Shown: positions 31,741 to 43,950 of the stretch, piece after piece | How the letters are laid out: every line of letters begins with the position of its first letter | How positions within the stretch are numbered: the first letter of the stretch is position 1 | Assembly: GCA_002269645.1 (NCBI GenBank) | Contig: NIVC01003448.1 | Location: 33,136-97,135, forward strand | Origin: Macrostomum lignano | Lineage: Eukaryota | Direction: 5' to 3' | Length of the DNA stretch: 64,000 nucleotides | Made by a program: the position numbers and the translations under genes | Notes under the pieces: generated by a model | Database searches by the model: none | Told to the model about the DNA's origin: nothing | What the model saw: only the letters and a program-made list of their open reading frames with translations

Positions 31741-33099
31741 CTGACTCTCCCTCTTCATCTCTTTATGTACTGGATCACCGTCCAGCTTTTTAAGTACAAA
31801 ATACAAAACTGAACGAAAATGAATAAAGTCAACTTTTCTCTTAATTGAATCTCCATAGCTATTCTTAGCTAGTATTATTTTCTCAGACTGCATTTTCCTA
31901 CCGCATAAGGCAGAAGCCCATGCTCGGATTAAACAAATATTTTATATTTTTTGCCAATTAAATGACTCCAGCATGTCAGGTGCGACTTTGCAAAATTTCA
32001 ACTCGCATAGCGGTGGAAAAATATAATGAAAAAAATTTAAATCACGTGAAATGACTGATCAATAAATGCCAATTGTTGAAGCCAATATTAGAGTCACGCT
32101 TTGGAGGCAGCTAATGCGCCTAGTCTGCTATTAGGCAATTAGTAGACTATTAGATAGTTAGACTATTAGGCTGAATTAGCAAAGCAATTATTGTGACCAA
32201 AAACTACCTCTATTAGTCAGTTTAACAGATCAGGCCAGCTTATAAATATGCAAATCATATTACAGCAATTTATAACAAAATGCGTCATGGAAAAATGACA
32301 GAATTACGGCCTACTAATACAATTTTTACAACAAGCTACACAATTAAAATTGAAATAAAAAATCAGGAATTTTAGAGAACTTAAAAAAAAGCATATGCAA
32401 TTTTACTCTACAGTAATACAACGATTGAGTGGGTTATCAACGCCAAAATCACTCGGATTAGCAAGTAGATTATCACATCATAGTTTAGGTAAATTTGTAT
32501 CAACTCCACAGCAGCCATTTAGTATAAATACTTACCAATATAATTAGAATATATATTTAGAACAATTAGCTAGTTAGCAACTATATTAATGAAAGAGTCA
32601 ACACAATTAGATATTGTAACCAAACAAATGCGATCGAAACACAAGAAATTAGACTAATTATTAATTATAAAATAAGCAATTCAGTCAAAATAAATCAGTC
32701 AGACGATTAGGGAATTAGGCAATTTGAAAATTTGGAAATTGATCATGCAGCTAGGCTTATCAGACAATTGGGCATTTAGATCGAATCAAATCGTAAAACA
32801 GTGCAGTGTGTACGCCATCAAGAATTTCAGTTCGTTAGCAGAAAGTGCATGCAAATTTGACAAATGAGAAAATTTGAAAACTAGCTACAGTTCTGAAAGA
32901 ACCGCTCTGAAACTAAAATCAACACAAGTGAAAATCTAAGGAAGAAAATTATTTGCAACAGAATAAATATTGGCGGCACAAAGAAATAAAAGTAAAAATA
33001 GACGCTTTTTTCACTACATATCGGTAGATTGCCTCAGCTCAATTGGAATGAAATGGGGTCTACCAGTTTTCCAGCAAGCCATTTGCCAGCCAGATATTT

Positions 33100-33700
33100 G
33101 AGAGCCACTGCGGGACCTACCAAGAATGACTTCATCTGGAGTCAGCAGCATGATGAAGCGTTCCGAAAGATGACGAGGGAGCTGAGCGTGCCCCTACGAT
33201 GGCCTTTTATGATCAACCTCTCTTATTTACCTCTCGTATCTGCATGGCACACAGATGCTTCCAGACCCAATTATCTCCGCTCTAACCTGAAGCAGAAGCA
33301 GAGCGACTGCTCATGGCGAGTCGTCCAAGCCGGCTCAAGATTCGTTTTGGAGGCCGAGCGTCGTTGCGCAACGATCGAACTTGATCTGCTGGCTGTTGCT
33401 TGAAGAGTGAAAAATATCTTGTATTTTTCTCGAAAGATTGAAACACTTCGAAATAGTAATCGATCACGGACCGCTGAAGCCGATCTCAAATAAGCACGCT
33501 TTGGACGAGATCGACAACCCAAGGTTGCAGCGACTGTCTCTGAAGCCCTACTAGAGCTTGCGTAAGAAGCTCAATGTTGAAGAAGAACTAATACTGGTTG
33601 GAAAGAGATTATTGATACCGGGAGAGATGAGACGAGAGGTGCTCGAACACCTGCCAAGTATGCACCATGGAGCAGCAAAGATGAAAGAGAGCGAAAGACA
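33100..33700 (+). mobile_element. Degenerate Gypsy pol fragments (RT linker, RNase H, integrase Zn finger)
   Basis: TDAS, QAGSRF..EAERRCATIELDLLAVA, LDEIDNPRLQR and KRLLIP..MRREVLEHL..MHHG..KMKE, with stops and frameshifts. Confidence 0.8.
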
Positions 33701-33759
33701 CTATTTAAGCAGCCTCACAACTCAAAAGCAATGCACACACGCGAGAACACGCGAGAATC

Positions 33760-34415
33760 TGGCTGGAAAATGTCTTACTTGCAAATATCGGGCTGGCAAA
33801 TATCTGGCTGCCAAATATCTGGCTGGCAAATATCTGGCTGGAAAATGTCTTACTGGCAAATATCTGGCAGGCACATATCTGGCTGGCAAAAATCTGGCTG
33901 GCTAATATCTGGCTGGAAAATGTCTGGCTGGCAAATATCTAACTGGCAAATATCTGGCTGGCAAATATCTGGTTAGCAAGTATCTGGCGGCAAATATCTG
34001 GCTGGAAAATGTCTGGCTGGCAAAATGTCTGGCTAGCAAATATCGGGCTGGCAAATATCTGGCTGGCAAATATCGGGCTGGCAAGTATCTGGCTGGCAAA
34101 TATCTGGCTGGAAAATTTCTGGCTGGAAATTGTCTGGCTGGAAAATGTCTGGCTGGAAAATGTCTGGCTAGCAAATATCGGGCTGGCAAATATCTGGCTG
34201 GCAAATATCGGGCTGGCAAGTATCTGGCTGGCAAATATCTGGCTGGAAAATTTCTGGCTGGAAATTGTCTGGCTGGAAAATGTCTGGCTGGAAAATGTCT
34301 GGCTGGCAAATATCTGGCTGGCAAGTATCTGGCTGGCAAATATCGGGCTGGCAAATATCTGGCTGGCAAATATCTGGCTGGCAAATATCTGGCTGGAAAA
34401 TGTCTGGCTTGCAAA
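33760..34415 (+). repeat. 15-bp minisatellite TCTGGCTGGCAAATA
   Basis: Tandem array; inverted units at ~33075-33105 and 60662-60900. Confidence 0.95.
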
Positions 34416-34701
34416 CCTAAGTATCCCATAAGAATGGCTTCAGATTTGACATCAGAAGCAAGGGATGTACATGAATAGCATTTGAAGCGAGGACGTCACA
34501 GCAGAAAAAACGGAGGGTTTAGGCGTGCTGCATGAGCAGATCACTGAGTCACGCAGCTACTGGTAGAAAACAAACATTAATAAGCCATCAAGTTGCTCGA
34601 TTACAAAGCAATCCAATGGTGCCAAGAAGCCATGAAGGTAGTCACCCACCGGTGCAACCGCAGTCGCATCTGGCACTCGGCTCAGGACATTCTCACTTTT
34701 T

Positions 34702-36284
34702 TTATTTCGGTGCCCGCAGCTCCTGCAGCCGCTCTTCCACTTTGCTCTCCAGCCACCGAGGCACGTAGCCGAGCATCCTGGAGCTTCTCCTACGCAACTG
34801 CTGCAGCAGCTCCAGATCTTGACAGAAAACTGCAGCCACCATCAGCTCCTGCTCATCCGCATCCTCACTGAGCACCACATCCCGGATCCAGTCTTGAGCA
34901 ATGGAGTCTCCTGCTTCTATCAGATCGAAGCGGAGCGCCCAAAGCAGAGCCTCGAAGTTCACGAAGAAGTAAGTGCCGTAGTTTTCCAGCTGTAGCGGAA
35001 CGAAATCTGCGACAGTCCGATTTCCGATCGGCAGCTCCGGCCGCTTGTCGATGTGAAAGCAGAACTTCCACGCGGAGTCTCGGCTCCTCAGGTGCCGCCA
35101 CACCAAGTCCGCAGTCGCCTCACTCGCCGACCTCTCAGCGGGCCAGTCGATGCCTCTGCTCGCGCTGAACGGCCTGCAGTCGCTAACGACTTTCGCTGCA
35201 TCCTCTCGGTCGCCGAACTTCAGGCAGCTCAGCGCTCTGAGGGACTCTCTCGCCGAGCGGGCGCAGTCTGGCAGCTTGCCGATCAGCTCCGAGAGACGCT
35301 GTCGGGACTCTGGGCTTCGGTCTCCGTCTGACACTCCGAGAAGCGACTCTCTCACGATGCTGTAGATCTCGTGGTACTCGCATACGTTCGCTGCTGACAC
35401 TGGAGCTCTGTAGCCTATCAGTGGCAGAATGAGGAACGGGTGGAAGTGGAATCGGCCCGAGTCGGTGACGGGTCGCAGGCTGTGCTCGAACTCCAGCAGC
35501 AGCTCAGGCAGCCTTTCGATCGCCTCTCTCACTGCATCGGCTGCCTCATTCAACGCTCGAGTCGCCTTCTCAGCTGATGTGATGTCCACGCCTCTCAGAT
35601 ACACAGCGGCATCGCCAAGGAAGAAGTGGTCCATGATCCTGGCGTCAGCTCTGCCTGATCTGCAGTCGCTCTTGAGCATCTGCAGCGAGCGTCTGGTGAG
35701 ACTCACGAGATTCCGAGCGTCGTTCCACTGCTCTGCCGGTGTCTGCTCGAGCATTCGGAACGCGATGGTCTTTGCGTGATACGACTTGAAGCCGTTGTGT
35801 CGGACGGCCTTCTTCAGCAGCCACTTGAGCGTGACGAACAGCTGGCCCTGCAGAGTGGTGAGACTCCGCAGCAGCCGGTTCTCCAGGAAGCTGGTGCTCA
35901 CTCGGAGCTGCTGGCCTTCTTTTCCGGGAGGCGCTGCGTGCACCACGTGACAGGGCGATGAAGCAGAGGTGAGGAGATGCTGGAGCGACTGCAGCACGGA
36001 CTGGGGTATGTTTGAGTCGGAGACTCGGTTCTCAAGCAGCGGCGCGATGGGCGGGTGGCGGCAGAGGCGGCGGGCGTGAACTTCATCGACAGCCGGTCTC
36101 AGGATTGAGCCTCTTTCTTGACGGGCTGGCCTGGATGCTGCAATGCGCGGGAGATGAAGAGACGAGTAGTAAAGAAAAAGTTTTTTCTAACGAAAAAAAC
36201 ATTCATTGCAAGCAATGAAATAGGTTTATCAATACAGTATCTTTATCAATCTTTTTATCGAAATTTAAATTAGCCAGAATAACT

Positions 36285-36372
<88 letters not shown>

Positions 36373-36445
36373 CACAGACAGACAGACAGACAGACACTAA
36401 GACAGACAGACAGACAGACAGACACACAGACACAGACAGACAGCC

Positions 36446-36514
<69 letters not shown>

Positions 36515-36574
36515 CTAAGTTCAGGCAGACAGACAAACAGACAGTCAGACAGACAGACACTAAGACAGGCAGCC

Positions 36575-36605
<31 letters not shown>

Positions 36606-36606
36606 A

Positions 36607-36667
<61 letters not shown>

Positions 36668-36684
36668 CACACAGACAGACAGCC

Positions 36685-36725
<41 letters not shown>

Positions 36726-36861
36726 GCCAAAAAGACAGACAGGCAGAGAGACAGACACACAGACAGACAGAAAACAGACAGACAGACAGACACACACAGA
36801 CAGACAGGCAGAGAGACACACACACAGACAGACAGAAAACAGACAGACAGACAGACAGAAA

Positions 36862-36926
<65 letters not shown>

Positions 36927-36928
36927 AA

Positions 36929-36973
<45 letters not shown>

Positions 36974-37473
36974 AAACAGACAGACAGAAAACAGACAGAC
37001 AGACAGACAGAAAACAGACAGACAGACAGACACACAGGCACACTGACAGGCTGTCTCTCACCGTATCCGGGACTCAAGACGTGTCCGTTGCGGTACTCCA
37101 CTTTTGTCTGAGTCGTCACTCCAGTGCACTCGCACAGATCGATCGGGTGAATCAGACTTCTTCCAAGTAGCCTAATCACGTCAATGTCGGACTCGATGCT
37201 AGTTCTGCCATCCAGAGTGACCAGGCTGTTGCCCCAGCCCTCTGAAAAGCTGCCCACCACGAAAATTTCATCATCATTCAGTCTTCTCCTCAGAACATCC
37301 TGCAGGACATCAGCCGCGGCGCTCTGCAAGGCGGCTCTGGAGTCCACGAATCCGGAGTGGGTCAGCGCTGAGTGCAGCTGCTGGCTGAGGTCATTGTCGC
37401 TGGGAGCAGGTCTGGATGATGGGAGGAGTGGGAGCTGCTGTGCTTCACTATGATTGGCTGAGATCAGATGCAT
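34702..37473 (-). CDS. cGAS/Mab-21-like nucleotidyltransferase (cGLR-like), exons 37473(or 37447)-37062 and 36137-34702; 615 aa if started at 37473
   Basis: NTase motif [10 protein letters not shown]...SDIDV and a third acidic position in AVDEVHA. Mab-21 C-terminal helices [20 protein letters not shown]...L...L..MDHFF. Donor G|GTGAGA and acceptor TTGCAG|CA in phase; ORF intact. Confidence 0.85.
36283..37035 (+). repeat. (CAGA)n microsatellite in the cGLR intron
   Basis: Direct reading. Confidence 0.97.
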
Positions 37474-37996
37474 GTTTCATGAGGAACTTATCGAAAACTC
37501 AATTCGTACCCCAGAGAGTGGCATGGAAATCTGCTCAAGCTTGACTGCTCAAAAGGCTCATGAGGAACATTCTAGATGGGAGGAGGGAAAACTGAGTATA
37601 AAAATTGCAACTGTGTTTGATGCCCTCAGACTGTCTGCCACTCAATCAGTGACAAACTCTGCAGAGTTTAAGATTCAGTTCAGACTTCAGTTTTCCCGCT
37701 GCCGCCTCTGCAGCTGCAAGATCAGAGCTTCAGTGAGCAGCTCAGCTACTCGACACTCAATTCAAATGAAATAAAATTCCCATAAGTAAGGTGTATTTGT
37801 GTTTCATCATCATCTAGCAACCGAGTGATCTGCAAATCCGCCATTCAAAATGGATTCTTTACAAAACTCTGCCAGGTACCTTGATACAGACACCTGCTGC
37901 TTGGAATGGAAACCTAATTGATATACATGAACACCAATTTTGAATTAAAGTAGTCACCAAGTTGAGTAACCAAGTTGCTCAGAAGCGCTCGCTCAC

Positions 37997-40503
37997 CTGT
38001 GTGCAGCCTCTCGGACCGAATTCGGTCGCTCATCGCCCGTCAGCGCACGGTGCAGAATTTGGGCAGATCGCTCACTGCGGAACTCGATGGCACGGCTGAG
38101 AGCAGACTGAAGTGACTCTCGAGATCCAGCCAAAGCGGAGGCCTTGAGAAGTGACTCAACCACGTGATGGTGGTCGTTTTGTGCCGCAATGTAGAGAGGT
38201 GACTCGCCAGTGTTTCGTTGAAGATTGACGTCGGCTCGTGCTTTGAGGAGTCGATCGACTACCTCATGGTGGCCATTTTGTGATGCAATGTAGAGAGGTG
38301 ACTCGCCAGTGTTTCGTTGAAGATTGACGTCGGCTCGTGCTTTGAGGAGTCGATCGACTACCTCATGGTGGCCATTTTGTGATGCAATGTAGAGAGGTGA
38401 CTCGCCAGTGTTTCGTTGAAGATTGACGTCGGCTCGTGCTTTGAGGAGTCGATCGACTACCTCATGGTGGCCATTTTGTGATGCAATGTAGAGAGGTGAC
38501 GAGCCACTGACCTTCTCTTGAAGATTGACGTCGGCTCGTGCTTTGAGGAGTCGATCGACTACCTCATGGTGGCCATTTTGTGATGCAATGTAGAGAGGTG
38601 ACTCGCCAGTGTTTCGTTGAAGATTGACGTCGGCTCGTGCTTTGAGGAGTCGATCGACTACCTCATGGTGGCCATTTTGTGATGCAATGTAGAGAGGTGA
38701 CGAGGCAGTGTTTCGTTGAAGATTGACGTCGGCTCGTGCTTTGAGGAGTCGATCGACTACCTCATGGTGGCCATTTTGTGATGCAATGTAGAGAGGTGAC
38801 GAGCCACTGACCTTCTCTTGAAGATTGACGTCGGCTCGTGCTTTGAGGAGTCGATCGACTACCTCATGGTGGCCATTTTGTGATGCAATGTAGAGAGGTG
38901 ACTCGCCAGTGTTTCGTTGAAGATTGACGTCGGCTCGTGCTTTGAGGAGTCGATCGACTACCTCATGGTGGCCATTTTGTGATGCAATGTAGAGAGGTGA
39001 GCAGCCATCGACTTCTTGAAGATTGAAGTCGGCTCGTGCTTTGAGGAGTCGATCGACTACCTCATGGTGGCCATTTTGTGATGCAATGTAGAGAGGTGAC
39101 TCGCCAGTGTTTCGTTGAAGATTGACGTCGGCTCGTGCTTTGAGGAGTCGATCGACTACCTCATGGTGGCCATTTTGTGATGCAATGTAGAGAGGTGACT
39201 CGCCAGTGTTTCGTTGAAGATTGACGTCGGCTCGTGCTTTGAGGAGTCGATCGACTACCTCATGGTGGCCATTTTGTGATGCAATGTAGAGAGGTGACTC
39301 GCCAGTGTTTCGTTGAAGATTGACGTCGGCTCGTGCTTTGAGGAGTCGATCGACTACCTCATGGTGGCCATTTTGTGATGCAATGTAGAGAGGTGACGAG
39401 CCACTGACCTTCTCTTGAAGATTGACGTCGGCTCGTGCTTTGAGGAGTCGATCGACTACCTCATGGTGGCCATTTTGTGATGCAATGTAGAGAGGTGAGC
39501 AGCCATCGACTTCTTGAAGATTGACGTCGGCTCGTGCTTTGAGGAGTCGATCGACTACCTCATGGTGGCCATTTTGTGATGCAATGTAGAGAGGTGACGA
39601 GCCACTGACCTTCTCTTGAAGATTGACGTCGGCTCGTGCTTTGAGGAGTCGATCGACTACCTCATGGTGGCCATTTTGTGATGCAATGTAGAGAGGTGAG
39701 CAGCCATCGACTTCTTGAAGATTGACGTCGGCTCGTGCTTTGAGGAGTCGATCGACTACCTCATGGTGGCCATTTTGTGATGCAATGTAGAGAGGTGACG
39801 AGCCACTGACCTTCTCTTGAAGATTGACGTCGGCTCGTGCTTTGAGGAGTCGATCGACTACCTCATGGTGGCCATTTTGTGATGCAATGTAGAGAGGTGA
39901 CTCGCCAGTGTTTCGTTGAAGATTGACGTCGGCTCGTGCTTTGAGGAGTCGATCGACTACCTCATGGTGGCCATTTTGTGATGCAATGTAGAGAGGTGAG
40001 CAGCCATCGACTTCTTGAAGATTGACGTCGGCTCGTGCTTTGAGGAGTCGATCGACTACCTCATGGTGGCCATTTTGTGATGCAATGTAGAGAGGTGACG
40101 AGCCAGTGTTGAGTTGAAGATTGACGTCGGCTCGTGCTTGAATTAGTAAATCGACAGCCTCACGATGGCCTTGTTGACATCCAATATGCACTGCCGAGAA
40201 TCCCTCACTGTTCTGTTTGTTGACATCAACACTCTCTCGAATCAGCCTCGCCAAGATGCCGATTCTGCTCAGGTAGCAAGCCCACATCAGCGGTGTCCAC
40301 TCACTTCCTCTCCAAGTCAGAATCGTGTCGACACTCCTCCCACTGACAACGAAGTTCTCCACCGCCTGCAGGCGGTCCGCTTCAATCGCCTCAAAGAGCT
40401 CTTCATCTATGGGCTCGGCTGCGGCATCCCGGCTCGCCCTGCGGCCGAAAACCCGCAAGCAGCAGGCGGCCACCGCGCTGAAGAGTCGCTGCAGAAATCC
40501 CAT
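37997..40503 (-). CDS. Ankyrin repeat protein exon (copy A) with 20 near-identical tandem units; ends in a splice donor
   Basis: Repeats SPLYIASQNGHHEVVDRLLKARADVNLQ with 99/102-bp DNA units. N-terminus MGFLQRLFSAVAACC. CAC AG|GTGAGC at 37997. Confidence 0.95.
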
Positions 40504-41436
40504 GTCAGATTTCGAAGCAAGGAATACCTGAAGAAAGTACTTAAGATGCTTAGAAGAAAGAAATAATTAGTACTCAAGTCGTCCTTGCATCGGAGCTCAC
40601 TCGGATTTCTCCAAGTGCACTCAGAGCGAGCTGCTGTCCATTTTAACCCCAGTGCTGAAGGCTTTTGCTGCTGAGAGCCAATCAGCTTCGCGCGGTTCTC
40701 AACTTCATTCGCGAACTGCTGCCCAGTGCTGCTCAGTAATATCTGTGGGAGCGAGCTGCAAAAATTGGAAACTGCTGTGGTAAATGAGAGAATGCCTGCA
40801 GCTGGCAGAGACGCGGCTTCTGCACGAATAAATTCAGTCAGAGCAGGGACTACTCAAACACCGGGACGGAAAACTAAAATTTTTACGAGGCTGGCTGGCA
40901 ATTATTTGCATTAGAGAGATGCTGTGTTACTTTGTTGTCTATGGTTATTTTCTACTGCTGATAAAAGACCAGCCTCGTAAAAAATTCCTAGTTTCCCGTC
41001 CCGGTGTTTGAGTAGTCCCTGAGTCAGAGTTTCCAGTTTAAATCCACGAATAGCTCAGACTGTTGCAATTGATGCAAAATGCAAAATGTAATTTAATCGC
41101 TAGGTGAAAAATCACTTTAAAACACTAGCCAAAATCATGGTGTAGTGAGGCGCCAGCGAGGAAGTGATGCGCTACGGAAGCAGTCAGGCGCCAGTGAGGT
41201 GCCATACGAGGACATCGTGGCATTTGTGCTATCTCAAATCAAATGACCGAGGTTTCCCATTAGTTTATTTACTAGGGCTCACAATATTTTGTCAAAATGG
41301 CCCTAAGCGGATTCTAGGAGGGCCCGCACCGGGGCTCCCGTCTCTCTTTGTGACAATTTTTTCAAATACCTTTTGGTCGGCAGCAGGTTATGAGAAGTTT
41401 TCTACTGCCTGTGTACATCGCAAAGCCAGGATATGG

Positions 41437-41450
41437 GTTGCCATGGTAAC
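41437..41450. promoter_or_regulatory. RFX X-box-like palindrome GTTGCCATGGTAAC (copy A)
   Basis: Consensus match ~0.93 kb upstream of the ankyrin ATG. Confidence 0.5.
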
Positions 41451-41662
41451 GATTAACAACTCGAATAATAGCAGTTTGTTACATTGTGCCGGAAGGAGGT
41501 TTCGTCCAATCCTACTAACAGTAGTCTGCGATAAATGAGCATTTTATTTAAACTTTGAGTTGCGCACCAGTGACTGCAGCATCCTAGGCTAATTGATGAC
41601 GCAAGACTTGAGTTCATTCATGCACTTTTACAGTACGTGTACAAGAGTGATGCTCCATTTAT

Positions 41663-42370
41663 TAGAGTGCTACTCCATTCAGAGTGCTACTCCATTCAGA
41701 GTGCTACTCCATTCAGAGTGCTACTCCATTCAGAGTGCTACTCCATTCAGAGTGCTACTCCATTCAGAGTGCTACTCCATTCAGAGTGCTACTCCATTCA
41801 GAGTGCTACTCCATTCAGAGTGCTACTCCATTCAGAGTGCTACTCCATTCAGAGTGCTACTCCATTCAGAGTGCTACTCCATTCAGAGTGCTACTCCATT
41901 CAGAGTGCTACTCCATTCAGAGTGCTACTCCATTCAGAGTGCTACTCCATTCAGAGTGCTACTCCATTCAGAGTGCTACTCCATTCAGAGTGCTACTCCA
42001 TTCAGAGTGCTACTCCATTCAGAGTGCTACTCCATTCAGAGTGCTACTCCATTCAGAGTGCTACTCCATTCAGAGTGCTACTCCATTCAGAGTGCTACTC
42101 CATTCAGAGTGCTACTCCATTCAGAGTGCTACTCCATTCAGAGTGCTACTCCATTCAGAGTGCTACTCCATTCAGAGTGCTACTCCATTCAGAGTGCTAC
42201 TCCATTCAGAGTGCTACTCCATTCAGAGTGCTACTCCATTCAGAGTGCTACTCCATTCAGAGTGCTACTCCATTCAGAGTGCTACTCCATTCAGAGTGCT
42301 ACTCCATTCAAAGTGCTACTCCATTCAGAGTGCTACTCCATTCAGAGTGCTACTCCATTCAGAGTACTAC
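41663..42370 (+). repeat. Near-perfect 17-bp minisatellite CAGAGTGCTACTCCATT (~41 units)
   Basis: Direct reading; explains the three repetitive ORFs here. Confidence 0.97.
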
Positions 42371-42679
42371 TCCAATGACCACATGCGCACAGTGGCTGAT
42401 TATAACAAAATTGCTCACAATTGCGCCAGGAATTCGGGTCAGGGGGCTCAGCATCCGGTCAGATGGCATCGCTGATATTTTTGACAGAATTGAAGGCTGC
42501 TTGAGGGATGAAGAGCTGAAACGTTTGATGAAACAGGTGCAAAATATTGAAAATTTATGTTTTTAATTATAGCACAATAAAGCAAACAGATGTGGCATAA
42601 AAGTACAATGAGCAGCAAAACTCAATTTTATAAAGTCTGTCCCTGAACTGCTGAGTCAGTGCTGCAGCTGGGAGTGAGA

Positions 42680-42890
42680 GCTTTGAGTCCCCGCAGACTC
42701 TCAGCTCTCCATCAGCTGCACTGCTTAACGCCCAGTCCCGCAGACTCTCAGCTCTCCATCAGCTGCACTGCTCAGCGCCCAGTCCCCGCAGACTCTCAGC
42801 TCTCCATCAGCTGCACTGCTCAGCGCCCAGTCCCCGCAGACTCTCAGCTCTCCATCAGCTGCACTGCTCAACGCCCAGTCCCGGCAGACT
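42680..42890 (+). repeat. 48-bp tandem repeat (~4 units)
   Basis: GCAGACTCTCAGCTCTCCATCAGCTGCACTGCTCAGCGCCCAGTCCCC. Confidence 0.9.
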
Positions 42891-42894
42891 CTCA

Positions 42895-43395
42895 GCCAAG
42901 AAGTTTACCGGCGCGGAGCTCTGCATCTGCAGACTCCACAGGCAGCCCCGGAAGTCGCTGAGTTGACCGGCCGCAGTCGCCGACATCGAAGCCGCCAGGG
43001 CGCCGCCGTACGGCAGGCCACCGACGAAGCCACCGCCCCGACGTCTCGACGACGCCTCCAGCGGCAGCGTCGCAGAGGCCGCGGCGCTGTCCTCGACGAG
43101 CATCTGCAACCGAATGTCGGACTTTCGACGCCGAGCGACCAGTCGAAACCGACGTCCCAAGCCATCTTCAATTCTGGGCGACTCCAGCGACGCCTCGAGC
43201 GCCGTCAGCAGCTGCGCGGAGCCGACGGTGAAGTCGCAGTTCAGCCGCAGGAGGCCGCGGCTGCTGACGGTGACAGCGATGAAGTCCTGACCGTCGGGCA
43301 GCTCGTCGGCCCTGCAGGCAGGAGCCCGGCAGCTCAAAGATGCCGTCGTGATGGAAACGGGAAGACTGGTGTAAGCATCCCGGATCTGACGGGTC
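42895..43395 (-). CDS. Orphan exon encoding a laminin-G-like domain
   Basis: DFIAVTV..GLLRL..DFTVGS, IEDG..RRFRLVARR, LQMLVED, FVGGLP, FRGCLWSLQM. Phase-2 acceptors at 43395 or 43311; donor unresolved. Confidence 0.6.
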
Positions 43396-43399
43396 CTGC

Positions 43400-43950
43400 T
43401 GTCTCCGTGTGTATCTGAGCGGTTGCTATGCAAAACTGCTGCTGTCTCCGTGTGTATCTGAGCTGTTGCTATGCAAAACTGCTGCTGTCTCCATGTGTAT
43501 CTGAGCTGTTGCTATGCAAAATTGCTGCTGTCTCCATGTGTATCTGAGCTGTTGCTATGCAAAACTGCTGCTGTCTCCATGTGTATCTGAGCGGTTGCTA
43601 TGCAAAACTGCTGCTGTCTTCATGTGTATCTGAGCGGTTGCTATGCAAAATTGCTGCTGTCTCCATGTGTATCTGAGCTGTTGCTATGCAAAACTGCTGC
43701 TGTCTCCATGTGTATCTGAGCTGTTGATATGCAAAACTGCTTCTGTCTCCATGTGTATCTGAGCTGTTGATATGCAAAACTGCTGCTGTCTCCATGTATA
43801 TCTGAGCGGTTGTTATGCAAAACTGCTGCTGTCTCCATGTGTATCTGAGCGGTTGCTATGCAAAACTGCTGCTGTCTCCATGTGTATCTGAGCGGTTGCT
43901 ATGCAAAACTGCTGCTGTCTCCATGTGTATCTGAGTGGTTGCTATGCAAA
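43400..43950 (+). repeat. 43-bp minisatellite TGCAAAACTGCTGCTGTCTCCATGTGTATCTGAGCGGTTGCTA
   Basis: About 13 tandem units abutting the LamG exon. Confidence 0.95.

Noticed and set aside
36270-37061. SVCL-repeat ORFs and the repeat tail of ORF 36397-37473
   Set aside because: (CAGA)n intron; the real exon ends at the donor at 37062.
38190-40130. CRISPR-like look (constant block plus variable spacer)
   Set aside because: The variable parts recur, keep the reading frame and encode ankyrin hairpins. The context is eukaryotic and there are no cas genes.
41593-42566. Three overlapping ORFs with a 17-aa repeat
   Set aside because: A stop-free 17-bp unit opens all three frames.
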